Assembly: GCA_046725335.1 (NCBI GenBank)
Contig: JBKOYI010000109.1
Span: 1 to 48,039 of the forward strand
DNA: 48,039 nucleotides
Source of the DNA: Myxococcota bacterium
GTDB lineage: Bacteria > Myxococcota > Myxococcia > Myxococcales > Myxococcaceae
Direction of reading: 5' to 3'
The notes beneath the pieces were generated by a model. It did no database searches, had not been told where the DNA came from, and worked only from the letters and a program-made list of their open reading frames with translations. The translations under genes and the position numbers were made by a program. Positions 8,233 to 16,836 of this stretch are shown here, piece after piece (position 1 is the first letter of the stretch; each line of letters begins with the position of its first letter).

Positions 8233-9258
8233 TCAAGCGCTGCCGGGCTGGCTTTCCGGGACAGCGAGGGTGAGGGCGAAGTCCCCGCGCCCGTCGGTCC
8301 AGCGCTCCACCGTGCGGAGCCCGGCCGCGGCCAGCTCGGCGTCCACCTGGCGGCGGGTGAATTTGGCGCTGACCTCGGTGCGCAGCAGCTCGCCGTCTCC
8401 GAAATCCACATCCATCCCCAGATCGGCGATGCGGACGCGCTGGCGGCCCACCGAGCGCAGCAACATCTCGATCCACCCCTGCCGAGCGTCGTAACGCGCC
8501 AGGTGCTCGAAGGCCTGGAGAACGAAGTTGGCGTGAAGCTCGGTGTTGAGGACCGCCAGGACGTTCTTGTTGAAGGCCGCGGTCACGCCCTGGGCGTCGT
8601 TGTAGGCGGCTTCCAGGCGAGGGATGCCCTTCACCAGGTCGGTTCCCAAGAGGAAGCTGTCGCCGGGGGACATCTGCCGCGCCACCTCCCGGAGGAAGGG
8701 CGCTCGCTGCTCAGGCTTGAAGTTGCCGATGGTGCCGCCGAGAAAGGCGATGAGCCTCCGGCCCTCCCGGGGCAGGAGGGAGACGTGGTGCTCGAAATCT
8801 CCGACCACCCCGTGAATGGACAGCCCGGGGAATTCCCGGGCGATGCGCTGGGCCGAGGCCCGCAGGGTGATGGCATCCACGTCGAAGGGAACGAAGCGGC
8901 GCAGTGTCCCAGCCTCGCGGAGGGCGCGGAGCAGCAGCCGCGTCTTGTCCGAGGTGCCGCTGCCCAGCTCGACCAGGGTGTCGGCACCGGAGTGGGCGGC
9001 GATGGCCCGGGAGTGCTCCTGGAGAATCTCCCGCTCGCGCCGGGTGGGGTAGTACTCGGGTAGCCGGGTGATGGTCTCAAAGAGCTGTGAGCCCCGGGCA
9101 TCGTAGAAGTACTTGGGGGGGAGCTCGCGTGGTCGGGTTCCAAGCCCCGTGCGAACGTCGCGCTCCAGGGCTCGCCGGAGATCCGCCGGCCCCAGCAGGA
9201 CATCCACGGTGATCGCCGAGCTCGACCGGAGGTGCAGCGCGGGGCGTTCGACGCGCAT
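8233..9258 (-). CDS. egtD: L-histidine N-alpha-methyltransferase EgtD (ergothioneine pathway)
   Basis: PPKYFYDARGSQLFETITRLPEYYPTRRE, LVELGSGTSDKTRLLL, FLGGTIGNF and TDLVK are typical EgtD/DUF2260 segments. ATG 9258 has GGAGGA about 9 nt upstream. Confidence 0.9.
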   Translation of the reverse strand: MRVERPALHLRSSSAITVDVLLGPADLRRALERDVRTGLGTRPRELPPKYFYDARGSQLFETITRLPEYYPTRREREILQEHSRAIAAHSGADTLVELGSGTSDKTRLLLRALREAGTLRRFVPFDVDAITLRASAQRIAREFPGLSIHGVVGDFEHHVSLLPREGRRLIAFLGGTIGNFKPEQRAPFLREVARQMSPGDSFLLGTDLVKGIPRLEAAYNDAQGVTAAFNKNVLAVLNTELHANFVLQAFEHLARYDARQGWIEMLLRSVGRQRVRIADLGMDVDFGDGELLRTEVSAKFTRRQVDAELAAAGLRTVERWTDGRGDFALTLAVPESQPGSA

Positions 9259-9278
9259 CGAAAGGTTCCTCCAGGGGC

Positions 9279-10622
9279 TCAGGCGTCGCGGCAGCAGCGA
9301 AAGCCGGCAAAAATCTGCCGGCGGATGGGGTAATCCCAGTTGCGGAAGGTGTTCCTCATCACGTCGGGCGCGACGGTCCATGCCCCACCGCGCAGTACTT
9401 TGTATTCGCTCCCGAAGAAGACTTCTGAATATTCACGGTAGGGGAACGCCCGAAACCCTGGGTACGGGAGAAAATCCGAAGCCGTCCACTCCCAGACGTC
9501 TCCCACCAGCTGCTCGGCCCCGCAGGCGCTGGCCCCCCCGGGCAAGGTCCCGATGGCAAAGGGCTGTCCACCGGCCGGCCAGAGGTTGGCGCGCCGTCGG
9601 TCAGGATGTTCGTTTCCCCAGGGCCAACGCCGGCTGCCCCCCTTCGGGCTCCAGGAGGCCGCTTTCTCCCATTCCGCCTCGGTGGGGAGGCGTCGCCCCC
9701 GCCAGCGGGCATAGGCCTCGGCCTCGTACCAGGACACGTGGCAGACGGGCTCTTTGGGCGGGACCGGTTCCCAGCGGCGGAACCTTCGCCGCTCCCATCC
9801 GGTGGCGGTGCGCCGCCAGAACAGGGGACTTTCCAGCTCCGCGCTCGAGCGGTGAGCCCACCCGGCCTCACTCCACCACCGGCGCTCGGCGTACCCGCCG
9901 GCGGAGATGAACCGCTGGAACTCGCTGTTGGTGACGGGGAAACGGTCGATGAAGAAGGCCCCCAGCTCGACCCCGTGTTTCGGCCGCTCGTTGTCGTAGG
10001 CCCAGGGGTCGTCGGAGCCCATCTGCCAGGGGCCGGCGGGGACCAGGACCTCGCTCGGGCCCTGGACCGGAACCGGTCTGGGGGGGGTTCCGGCCGGCGG
10101 CTCGATCCCGATGTCCTCGGCCAGCTGAAGGGTGGCCAGGAGCGTCTCCGCGTGCTGCTGCTCGTGCTGAGCCACCATCCCGTAGACGAAGCCCTCGGCG
10201 AGAAGAGGGCCGGCGGCCTCCACCCCCGACCTCCCGAGGGCCTCCAGATGGCGCAGTGCCCGCTCGCGGACCGCCCGGAGGTAAGCCAGGGTTTCCGAGA
10301 CACCCAGCAGCGGCAACCCGCTCCGTGTCCGGCGGGGGTGCCGGAAGGCGTCGTAGATGGAATCGAGGCCGCCATCGGTGATGGTCCCCGCGCCGAGCGC
10401 ACGGAGCAGCCACTGCTCTTCGTAGTTGGCCACGTGGGCCAGGTCCCAGACGGTCGGGGACATCAGCTCGGAGTGCTGCCGCACCAGCACGGCCTCCGGC
10501 AACGGGGAGACCAGGGCCAGCAGTCGAGCCCGGGAGCGCTCCAGAGCCAACCGCGCCCGCTCCTTCCAGGCCAGTCGGTCGGTGGTTCCGGGAACTGCCT
10601 CTGGCGAGATCGGCGCACGCAT
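9279..10622 (-). CDS. egtB: EgtB-type sulfoxide synthase (DinB_2 plus FGE-sulfatase/C-lectin domains)
   Basis: DinB-type iron site VAQHEQQHAETL. The C-terminal FGE-like domain has NVWEWT-like GDVWEWTASDF and RGGAW, and ends GFRCCRDA. Lies 20 nt upstream of egtD. The track ORF 9279..11258 is over-extended, and ATG 10622 precedes the conserved N-terminus. Confidence 0.9.
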   Translation of the reverse strand: MRAPISPEAVPGTTDRLAWKERARLALERSRARLLALVSPLPEAVLVRQHSELMSPTVWDLAHVANYEEQWLLRALGAGTITDGGLDSIYDAFRHPRRTRSGLPLLGVSETLAYLRAVRERALRHLEALGRSGVEAAGPLLAEGFVYGMVAQHEQQHAETLLATLQLAEDIGIEPPAGTPPRPVPVQGPSEVLVPAGPWQMGSDDPWAYDNERPKHGVELGAFFIDRFPVTNSEFQRFISAGGYAERRWWSEAGWAHRSSAELESPLFWRRTATGWERRRFRRWEPVPPKEPVCHVSWYEAEAYARWRGRRLPTEAEWEKAASWSPKGGSRRWPWGNEHPDRRRANLWPAGGQPFAIGTLPGGASACGAEQLVGDVWEWTASDFLPYPGFRAFPYREYSEVFFGSEYKVLRGGAWTVAPDVMRNTFRNWDYPIRRQIFAGFRCCRDA

Positions 10623-10751
10623 GAGCCACCGAGAGGGTTTGCTGGGGATGGGCCGCCGCGCAACAGGAACTGCGCCGGCCTGACTCCGGCCGTCTTGCGG
10701 CGGCCGCTTCCCCGAGCCGTCCATCCAGGCTCGAGGGGGCATTGACAAATC

Positions 10752-10786
10752 ACAGACATGCAGGATTGAAGCGTGCCCATGTCTGT
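10752..10786. promoter_or_regulatory. 9-bp perfect inverted repeat spanning the start codon of the downstream ORF, next to a consensus -35 hexamer
   Basis: ACAGACATG (10752-10760) and CATGTCTGT (10778-10786) are separated by 17 nt. TTGACA lies at 10742-10747. The right arm covers ATG 10779 and follows GTG 10773. Confidence 0.4.
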
Positions 10787-11237
10787 CGAGAAGGCATTTC
10801 GAGACATGATTCGCGCCGAGGTCAGGCTGCAGCTGCGCCCCCTGCAGCGGACGGTGGAGCGGTTGGCCCAGGGCAGTGCCGAGCTGGACGGGCTCCGTGT
10901 CTTGGCCAGCCGTCTGCAACCTCTGGCTGGATTGCTCGCCGGCGATTCCGATCTGGGCCTCCGGCGCCGCCCCGGTCGACCTCCGGGCAGCGGGGCCCCC
11001 CGTCGAGCCTCCCCCGGTCGCCCGCCCTCGGTGAGCCGGCCCTGTGCGATCATCGGGTGCCGCCGGCCTAGCCGCACCAAGGGCTACTGCGCCGCGCATT
11101 ACCAGAAGCTGCGGATGCTGGTCCGGACCAACCGCCGTCCGGCCGAGTGGAAAGACGGTGCCGAGCCCCACAGCGTCCCCGACCTGGTCCTCCCCCGCGG
11201 CCGGGCGGCCTCCAAGAAGCGCGAGAGCGGCGGTTGA
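10773..11237 (+). CDS. hypothetical DNA-binding-like protein (AT-hook-like PGRPPG repeats plus Cys/His cluster)
   Basis: G/C-rich third positions. Contains [10 protein letters not shown] and SPGRPPS (AT-hook-like), followed by C-x4-C-x10-C-x2-H in [27 protein letters not shown] lies 7 nt upstream of GTG 10773, and ATG 10779 is an alternative start. Confidence 0.6.
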   Translation: MPMSVEKAFRDMIRAEVRLQLRPLQRTVERLAQGSAELDGLRVLASRLQPLAGLLAGDSDLGLRRRPGRPPGSGAPRRASPGRPPSVSRPCAIIGCRRPSRTKGYCAAHYQKLRMLVRTNRRPAEWKDGAEPHSVPDLVLPRGRAASKKRESGG

Positions 11238-11247
11238 CGGGGCCAAG

Positions 11248-12102
11248 ATGGCCAACACCCGCGAGCTCGAGCCTGGCCTGAAGCTGGACCTCAGCGAGTC
11301 GATTACCTACGCCGACTACCTGCGCCTGGACCTCCTCCTGTCTGCGCAGCAGCCCCGCAGCCAGCCCCCTCACCACGACGAGCTGCTCTTCATCATCCAG
11401 CACCAGACCTCGGAGCTGTGGATGAAGCTCTTCATCCACGAGCTGGAAGCGGCGCGGGCCTACGTCCAGACCGACCGGCTGGAGCCGTCGTTCAAGATCC
11501 TGGCCCGGGTGGGGCAAATCCAGCGGATGCTGTTCGAGCAATGGAGCGTGCTGGAGACGCTCACCCCCTCGGAGTACCTCCAATTCCGCGGGGTGCTCGG
11601 ACCGGCCAGCGGCTTTCAGTCGGCGCAATACCGGGCCCTGGAATTCCTGCTTGGCAACAAGGACCGAACCGCGCTCCTGGTTCACCGGCAAACGCCCACC
11701 ATTCACGATTGGCTGGAGCGACTCCTGCTCGCTCCCAGCCTCTACGACGAGTTCCTGCGCCACCTGGCGCGGCGGGGCTTGCCGGTGCCTCCGGAGCGGC
11801 TGGAGCGTGACTTCTCCGGCCCTTACGAGGCTCATCCAGGGGTGGTGGCCGTCTTCCAGACCATCTACGAGCAGCCCGACCGCTGGTGGGACGGGTACGA
11901 GATGGCCGAGAAGCTGGTGGATGTCGAGGAGCGATTCCAGCTCTGGCGCTTCCGTCACATGATGACAGTGCAGCGCATCATTGGCGGAAAACGAGGGACG
12001 GGCGGCAGCTCGGGCGTCCCTTTTCTGAGGCGGGCGCTGGAGGTGAGATTCTTCCCCGAGCTCTGGGACGTGCGGACCGAGCTGAAACCGTCCTCTCCCT
12101 GA
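11248..12102 (+). CDS. kynA: tryptophan 2,3-dioxygenase
   Basis: [46 protein letters not shown] and [12 protein letters not shown]...GTGGSSG are the conserved TDO heme/substrate segments. Confidence 0.92.
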   Translation: MANTRELEPGLKLDLSESITYADYLRLDLLLSAQQPRSQPPHHDELLFIIQHQTSELWMKLFIHELEAARAYVQTDRLEPSFKILARVGQIQRMLFEQWSVLETLTPSEYLQFRGVLGPASGFQSAQYRALEFLLGNKDRTALLVHRQTPTIHDWLERLLLAPSLYDEFLRHLARRGLPVPPERLERDFSGPYEAHPGVVAVFQTIYEQPDRWWDGYEMAEKLVDVEERFQLWRFRHMMTVQRIIGGKRGTGGSSGVPFLRRALEVRFFPELWDVRTELKPSSP

Positions 12103-12169
12103 CAACTGGGGGCGTCCGCCCCAGCGCGTAGACTCCGAACGGGACCACCCTGGAAAGGGGATCTGCCTG

Positions 12170-12808
12170 GTGGACGCGAGGACCTACGCCGAGTCTGAGC
12201 TGTTGGTGAACCGGGCCTCGGTCCTGCTGTGGGGCGGAACCCCGGCGGATCGGGCGGCCTGGGCCCAGGAGGCGGCCGAGCTGGCGGGCCGTCCGCTCAT
12301 CACCGTCACGCGGCTGGAGCAGCTGCCGGCCGCCCTGGCCGTCCGCGACACCGTGCTGCACCTGCCGGACGTGCTGGCCCTGGGAGATGCGGGGCAGCAG
12401 TTGCTCGTCCGGAGCCTGACCTCCCTGGAGGATCGCCCCAAACTCGTCCTCGGGCTCGGCCGCTCGGATACCAGCGCTCGAAACGCAGGGTTGCTGCGGG
12501 AGGATCTCCACTACCGGCTCCGGATGGGACTGCTGAACCTGGACGAGCCCGGTCTCCAGGAGGCGATCGCCGCCCGTCGTCTGGCCGCCTCGCGCCGCCC
12601 TCCTCCATCGGCTCGCTCCATGCCGGCGGCTCGTCCCCTTGGGACTCCATCCCTTCCCGCCCGAGGGACCCCAGGGCGACCGTCGACTCCGCGCGCCGCG
12701 CCCAAGCCCACCCGACCGAAAGCGGCGGCCCGGAAGCGCCCGGCGGCGCGCGCCAAGCCGGCCCGCTCGCACAAAGCCCCCAAGAAGAAGTCGTCCAAGC
12801 GGCGCTAG
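12170..12808 (+). CDS. degenerate sigma54-activator-like AAA+ domain fused to a basic Pro/Ala/Lys/Arg tail
   Basis: Residues align by eye to the bEBP central domain (VLLWGGTPADRAAWA vs VLIxGExGTGKExxA; LLREDLHYRL vs FREDLYYRL). The Walker A lysine, the GAFTGA loop and the Walker B Glu are missing. The C-terminal 70 aa are PAKR-rich (KPTRPKAAARKRPAARAKPARSHKAPKKKSSKRR). Confidence 0.65.
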   Translation: MDARTYAESELLVNRASVLLWGGTPADRAAWAQEAAELAGRPLITVTRLEQLPAALAVRDTVLHLPDVLALGDAGQQLLVRSLTSLEDRPKLVLGLGRSDTSARNAGLLREDLHYRLRMGLLNLDEPGLQEAIAARRLAASRRPPPSARSMPAARPLGTPSLPARGTPGRPSTPRAAPKPTRPKAAARKRPAARAKPARSHKAPKKKSSKRR

Positions 12809-12859
12809 CTCCAGTCCCCGAAGCCCAGGGGGCGCTGAGGAAGCCGCCTCCGGCGGCTC

Positions 12860-13486
12860 TCAGACGTTGGGCTTGGCGGTCAGTTGTCTGGCATCGCGGA
12901 CCAGGCGCTCCAAGGCCTCGGTGTCGTTGGTGTCGTAGAAGCCGCGAATCCGGCCCTGGCGGTCGACCAGCACCAGGTGAACACCGTGGACGATGCCGAG
13001 AAAGTCGGCGCCTTCGCGGGTGAAGGCAACCTTGAAACCGGGGATGACCCGCTCCTGGATCTCTCGGCTCTCTCCGGTGAGGAAATGCCAGCGCGGCGAA
13101 TTCGCCCGATGGTGTTCGGCGAAGGCGCGCATTCGCTCGGGGGTGTCGTAGTCCGGGTCCACGCTCACCGAGACCAGCTCCACCGCTTCACCCAGCCGGG
13201 GCTGGAGCCGGACGAGCCGCCCGGTCATCTCCGGACAAATCGACGGGCAGCGAGTGAAGATGAAGTTCGCCACCCACACTCGGCCAGCCAACCGCTCCGG
13301 GCCAAAGACTGCGCCGGTCTGGTCCACCAACCGAAAGGCCGGCACCGACCCCAGGACGGGCGGCGGCGGAAGAGGCAGCTCCATCCGTTGGCGGAGGAGG
13401 GGGACGGCCATGATCAAGGCGATGAATCCCGCCCACAGCCAGGGCTGCAGACTCGGACGGGCAAGGGGAGGACGGGTGGTCTCCAT
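12860..13486 (-). CDS. SCO1/SenC family copper chaperone (thioredoxin fold)
   Basis: N-terminal TM helix. Contains FIFTRCPSICP (the CxxxC copper site), SVDPDYDTP and a distal His (IVHGVH). Confidence 0.88.
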   Translation of the reverse strand: METTRPPLARPSLQPWLWAGFIALIMAVPLLRQRMELPLPPPPVLGSVPAFRLVDQTGAVFGPERLAGRVWVANFIFTRCPSICPEMTGRLVRLQPRLGEAVELVSVSVDPDYDTPERMRAFAEHHRANSPRWHFLTGESREIQERVIPGFKVAFTREGADFLGIVHGVHLVLVDRQGRIRGFYDTNDTEALERLVRDARQLTAKPNV

Positions 13487-13637
13487 GGACGGGCAGGCCT
13501 TCTACCCGGGAAAGGCCCGGCAGAGTCAAACCTGCAGTCTTCTTGCGGACATCAGACCCCGGTGCTTGCCGGGGCGGGCGAAACTATTGACTTGGCGGGG
13601 GGGCGACAGCAAAAGGCCAAGGTAGAAACCCCGCCCG

Positions 13638-14285
13638 ATGAATCTCGATTACCAGCGGCATACCCGGACGCGGCTATTCCAGAACAACTTCCTGGAGTTT
13701 GCCTCCAACATCCATCCGGTCATCCCCTTCGTCGTGTACGGTCCCTTCATCCTGGCAATGATGGGCTGGGGGCTCTCGACCGGCCTCACCACCTGGGCGG
13801 TCAGCTTGTGGTGCATCCCGGTGGGTTGGGTGGTCTGGGACGTCACCGAGTACGCCATGCACCGCTGGTTCTTCCACTGGGAAGGGAGCGGACCCTTCAC
13901 CCGGAAGGTTCACGCAATCATTCACGGCTACCACCACCAGTATCCGGACGATCCCTTGCGGCTGGTGATGCCGCTGGGGGCCAGCATTCCCTTGGCGTTG
14001 GTCATCGGCGGGGCGTTGTGGCTGGTGGATGCACCTCGCTTCACCATCCCCGGCTTCGCTGGATTCGTCGCCGGCTATCTCTTCTACGACTTCACCCACT
14101 GGTCGACCCACGCCCGGACACCAAAGACCGCCTGGGGCAAGGCAGTTCGGGCGCACCACATGGCGCACCACTTCGCCGTCCCCGACCAGAACTTCGGCAT
14201 CAGCCATCGCTGGATCGACGCCCTGGTCGGCTCGTTGAGGCGGCGGGAACGGCAGTCTCAGGAATCAGCAGGTGACGCTGCGTAA
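13638..14285 (+). CDS. fatty acid hydroxylase / sterol desaturase superfamily membrane protein
   Basis: Three histidine boxes (HRWFFH, HGYHHQ, HHMAHH) within a multi-TM protein. Confidence 0.8.
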   Translation: MNLDYQRHTRTRLFQNNFLEFASNIHPVIPFVVYGPFILAMMGWGLSTGLTTWAVSLWCIPVGWVVWDVTEYAMHRWFFHWEGSGPFTRKVHAIIHGYHHQYPDDPLRLVMPLGASIPLALVIGGALWLVDAPRFTIPGFAGFVAGYLFYDFTHWSTHARTPKTAWGKAVRAHHMAHHFAVPDQNFGISHRWIDALVGSLRRRERQSQESAGDAA

Positions 14286-14424
14286 TTCGCCGGTTGCCGG
14301 CGCGGCACAGCGGTGATGTGTGACGGGGGGTTCCCGATGGCCGCTGCGCCGGCGTCGGGCTCGAGCGCAGCGAAGCGGTCCTCGCCGCAGTGGGTGAGTT
14401 GACCCGCTCGAAGTGAGCGCGGTC

Positions 14425-14943
14425 TCACCCGTCGGCGAGGAAGGCGTACTGAAACTGGTCGATGATTCGCCCCTCCTTGAGGGCGGCCCGCCGGAGCCGC
14501 GCCTCGAGGAAGTAGCCGGCCTTCTCCAGCACCCGACAGGAGGCGGTGTTCCATTCGAAGGGCAGGGCGTAGATGCGGGTGAGGCCGAGCGCTTCCAGGC
14601 CGTGCCGGGTAACGGCCCGGACCGCCTCGGTGGTGATCCCTCGCCCCCAGAACTCCTCGCCGAGCCAGTAACCCAGTTCGCCCGAGACCCGCTCCACGTC
14701 CTCGTGGAGTTTGAGCCCCACCGCTCCCACCGCCGCTCCATCGACGGCGATGGCGAAATCGTGCTCCGGTCGCTGCGACTGGGTCCGAGCGATGAACGCC
14801 ACCGCGTCCGCTTGGGCATAGGGGTGGGGAAAGAGGTCCCGGAGGTTTCGCCAGATGGCTCGGTTGTTGGCCTGGCGGGCCAGGGACGGCGCATCGCCGG
14901 GCTCGAAGGAACGGACTTCGCAATGCTGCAGCACCAGGCGCAT
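14425..14943 (-). CDS. GNAT N-acetyltransferase (RimJ/RimL-like)
   Basis: GELGYWLGEEFWGRGITTEAV (acetyl-CoA binding Q/RxxGxG/A) and NTASCRVLEKAGY. ATG 14943 gives the usual ~170 aa length. Confidence 0.85.
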   Translation of the reverse strand: MRLVLQHCEVRSFEPGDAPSLARQANNRAIWRNLRDLFPHPYAQADAVAFIARTQSQRPEHDFAIAVDGAAVGAVGLKLHEDVERVSGELGYWLGEEFWGRGITTEAVRAVTRHGLEALGLTRIYALPFEWNTASCRVLEKAGYFLEARLRRAALKEGRIIDQFQYAFLADG

Positions 14944-15077
14944 CGAGGTCCGGCAGCCTACCTGCCGCGAAACCAGAGCGTCAGCCGGAGGCGAAAGGCG
15001 AGCCCCGCTGTCTCCTCGAACGGCAACGTCCCCCGGGCCCAAACGGGGCCGATGCGCCCTGGGGCGCGAGCCCAGAG

Positions 15078-16622
15078 CTACAGCTTCCGCTCAGTCGGCT
15101 GGAACAGTCCGTTGAACTCCGCCACCGCCTTGTTCAGGTTGGCCCTGAGCTCGTTGGACAGCTCCCTCTTCTCCCGAATTTCCTTGGGAATGGCCGGATA
15201 CTTGGCGTCCAGGAAGTCCAGGAACTCCCTGGCCCACCGCTGCACGTCGTGGGTCGGCACGTCCCTGAGCCAGCCCCGCTTCTTCTCGTCGTCCTTGTTG
15301 GTGGCGGCGTAGATCTGCAGCACCTGCCGCTCCACCGGCATGGGCTCGTACTGGCCCTGCTTCAGGATCTCCACCAGCCGTTCCCCATTGGCCAGGGTCT
15401 CCTGGGTCGCCTTGTCCAGGTCGGAGCCGAACTGGGCGAAGGCGGCCAGCTCGCGGTATTGCGCCAGGGCCAGCTTCATTCCACCCGCCACCTGCTTCAT
15501 GGCCTTGATCTGCGCCGCCGAACCGACCCGGCTCACCGAGATGCCCACGTTGATGGCCGGACGGACGCCCGCGTAGAACAGGTCGGTCTCCAGAAAGATC
15601 TGGCCGTCGGTGATGGAGATGACGTTGGTGGGGATGTAGGCCGAGACGTCACCGGCCTGGGTCTCGATGATGGGGAGCGCGGTGAGAGATCCGGCGCCCT
15701 CCTCGTCAGAGAGCTTGGCAGCGCGCTCCAGCAGGCGGCTGTGGATGTAGAAAACGTCGCCGGGGTAGGCCTCTCGTCCCGGCGGGCGGCGGAGCAGCAG
15801 CGACAGCTGCCGGTAGGCCACGGCCTGCTTGGACAGATCGTCGTAGATGATCAGGGCGTGCATCTTGTTGTCGCGGAAGTACTCGCCCATGGTGCAGCCG
15901 GTGTAGGGGGCGAAGAACTGCATCGGGGCCGAGTCCGAGGCGCTGGCGATAACGACCGTCGTGTACTCCATGGCTCCGAACTTGGTCAGCTTCTCCACCA
16001 CCTGGGCCACCGTGGACTGCTTCTGTCCCACCGCCACGTAGATGCAGAAGAGGTCCTTGCCCTTCTGGTTGATGATGGTGTCGATGGCCACCGCCGTCTT
16101 CCCGGTCTGCCGGTCGCCGATGATGAGCTCACGCTGACCGCGCCCGATGGGCACCAGCGCATCCAGAGCCTTGATGCCCGTCTGCATCGCTTCGTGGACG
16201 CTCCGCCGCTTGACGATTCCAGGGGCCTTGATCTCCAGCCGGCGGCTCTCGGTGGCGTTGAGGGCCCCCTTGCCATCCACCGGTTGGCCCAGGGCGTCCA
16301 CCACCCGTCCGAGAAGCGCCTTGCCCACCGGCACCGAGGCAATCTGCTTGGTGCGCTTGACCGGGTCCCCTTCGCCGATGTCGCGGAACTCGCCCATCAC
16401 GGCGACGCCGACGTTGTCCTCCTCCAGGTTCAGGACCAGGCCGCGGGTACCGCTCTTGAACTCCACCAGCTCTCCGGCCAGCACGCCTTCCAGCCCGTAG
16501 ACCCGGGCGATGCCGTCGCCCTGGCTCAAGACGGTTCCCGTCTCGGCAACGGTGACCTTCTTGCCGTACTCCTGAATCTGCTCGCGAAGGATTCTGCTGA
16601 TCTCGTCGGCGCGGATGTTCAT
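15078..16622 (-). CDS. atpA: F1 ATP synthase alpha subunit
   Basis: [16 protein letters not shown] start, Walker [10 protein letters not shown], and the conserved [26 protein letters not shown]. 514 aa. Confidence 0.97.
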   Translation of the reverse strand: MNIRADEISRILREQIQEYGKKVTVAETGTVLSQGDGIARVYGLEGVLAGELVEFKSGTRGLVLNLEEDNVGVAVMGEFRDIGEGDPVKRTKQIASVPVGKALLGRVVDALGQPVDGKGALNATESRRLEIKAPGIVKRRSVHEAMQTGIKALDALVPIGRGQRELIIGDRQTGKTAVAIDTIINQKGKDLFCIYVAVGQKQSTVAQVVEKLTKFGAMEYTTVVIASASDSAPMQFFAPYTGCTMGEYFRDNKMHALIIYDDLSKQAVAYRQLSLLLRRPPGREAYPGDVFYIHSRLLERAAKLSDEEGAGSLTALPIIETQAGDVSAYIPTNVISITDGQIFLETDLFYAGVRPAINVGISVSRVGSAAQIKAMKQVAGGMKLALAQYRELAAFAQFGSDLDKATQETLANGERLVEILKQGQYEPMPVERQVLQIYAATNKDDEKKRGWLRDVPTHDVQRWAREFLDFLDAKYPAIPKEIREKRELSNELRANLNKAVAEFNGLFQPTERKL

Positions 16623-16836
16623 GGTTTCGTGGCCGGGATGGAGACGACGCCGGGCACCCAACCTCGGGCAGCCCCGGCCGGAACGTCGCTCGTCGGGGGT
16701 TTCGTGGGCCCAGCTGGAACCCAGCGGGCGCGGGGGCTCTACCACCCTGGTGGGTGGTCTCGCAACGAGAGTGAAGTCCGATCGCCGAACCCCCCCAGAG
16801 TGGCTCGCGGGGGTGAATCCGACGGCGGGCGGGCGA

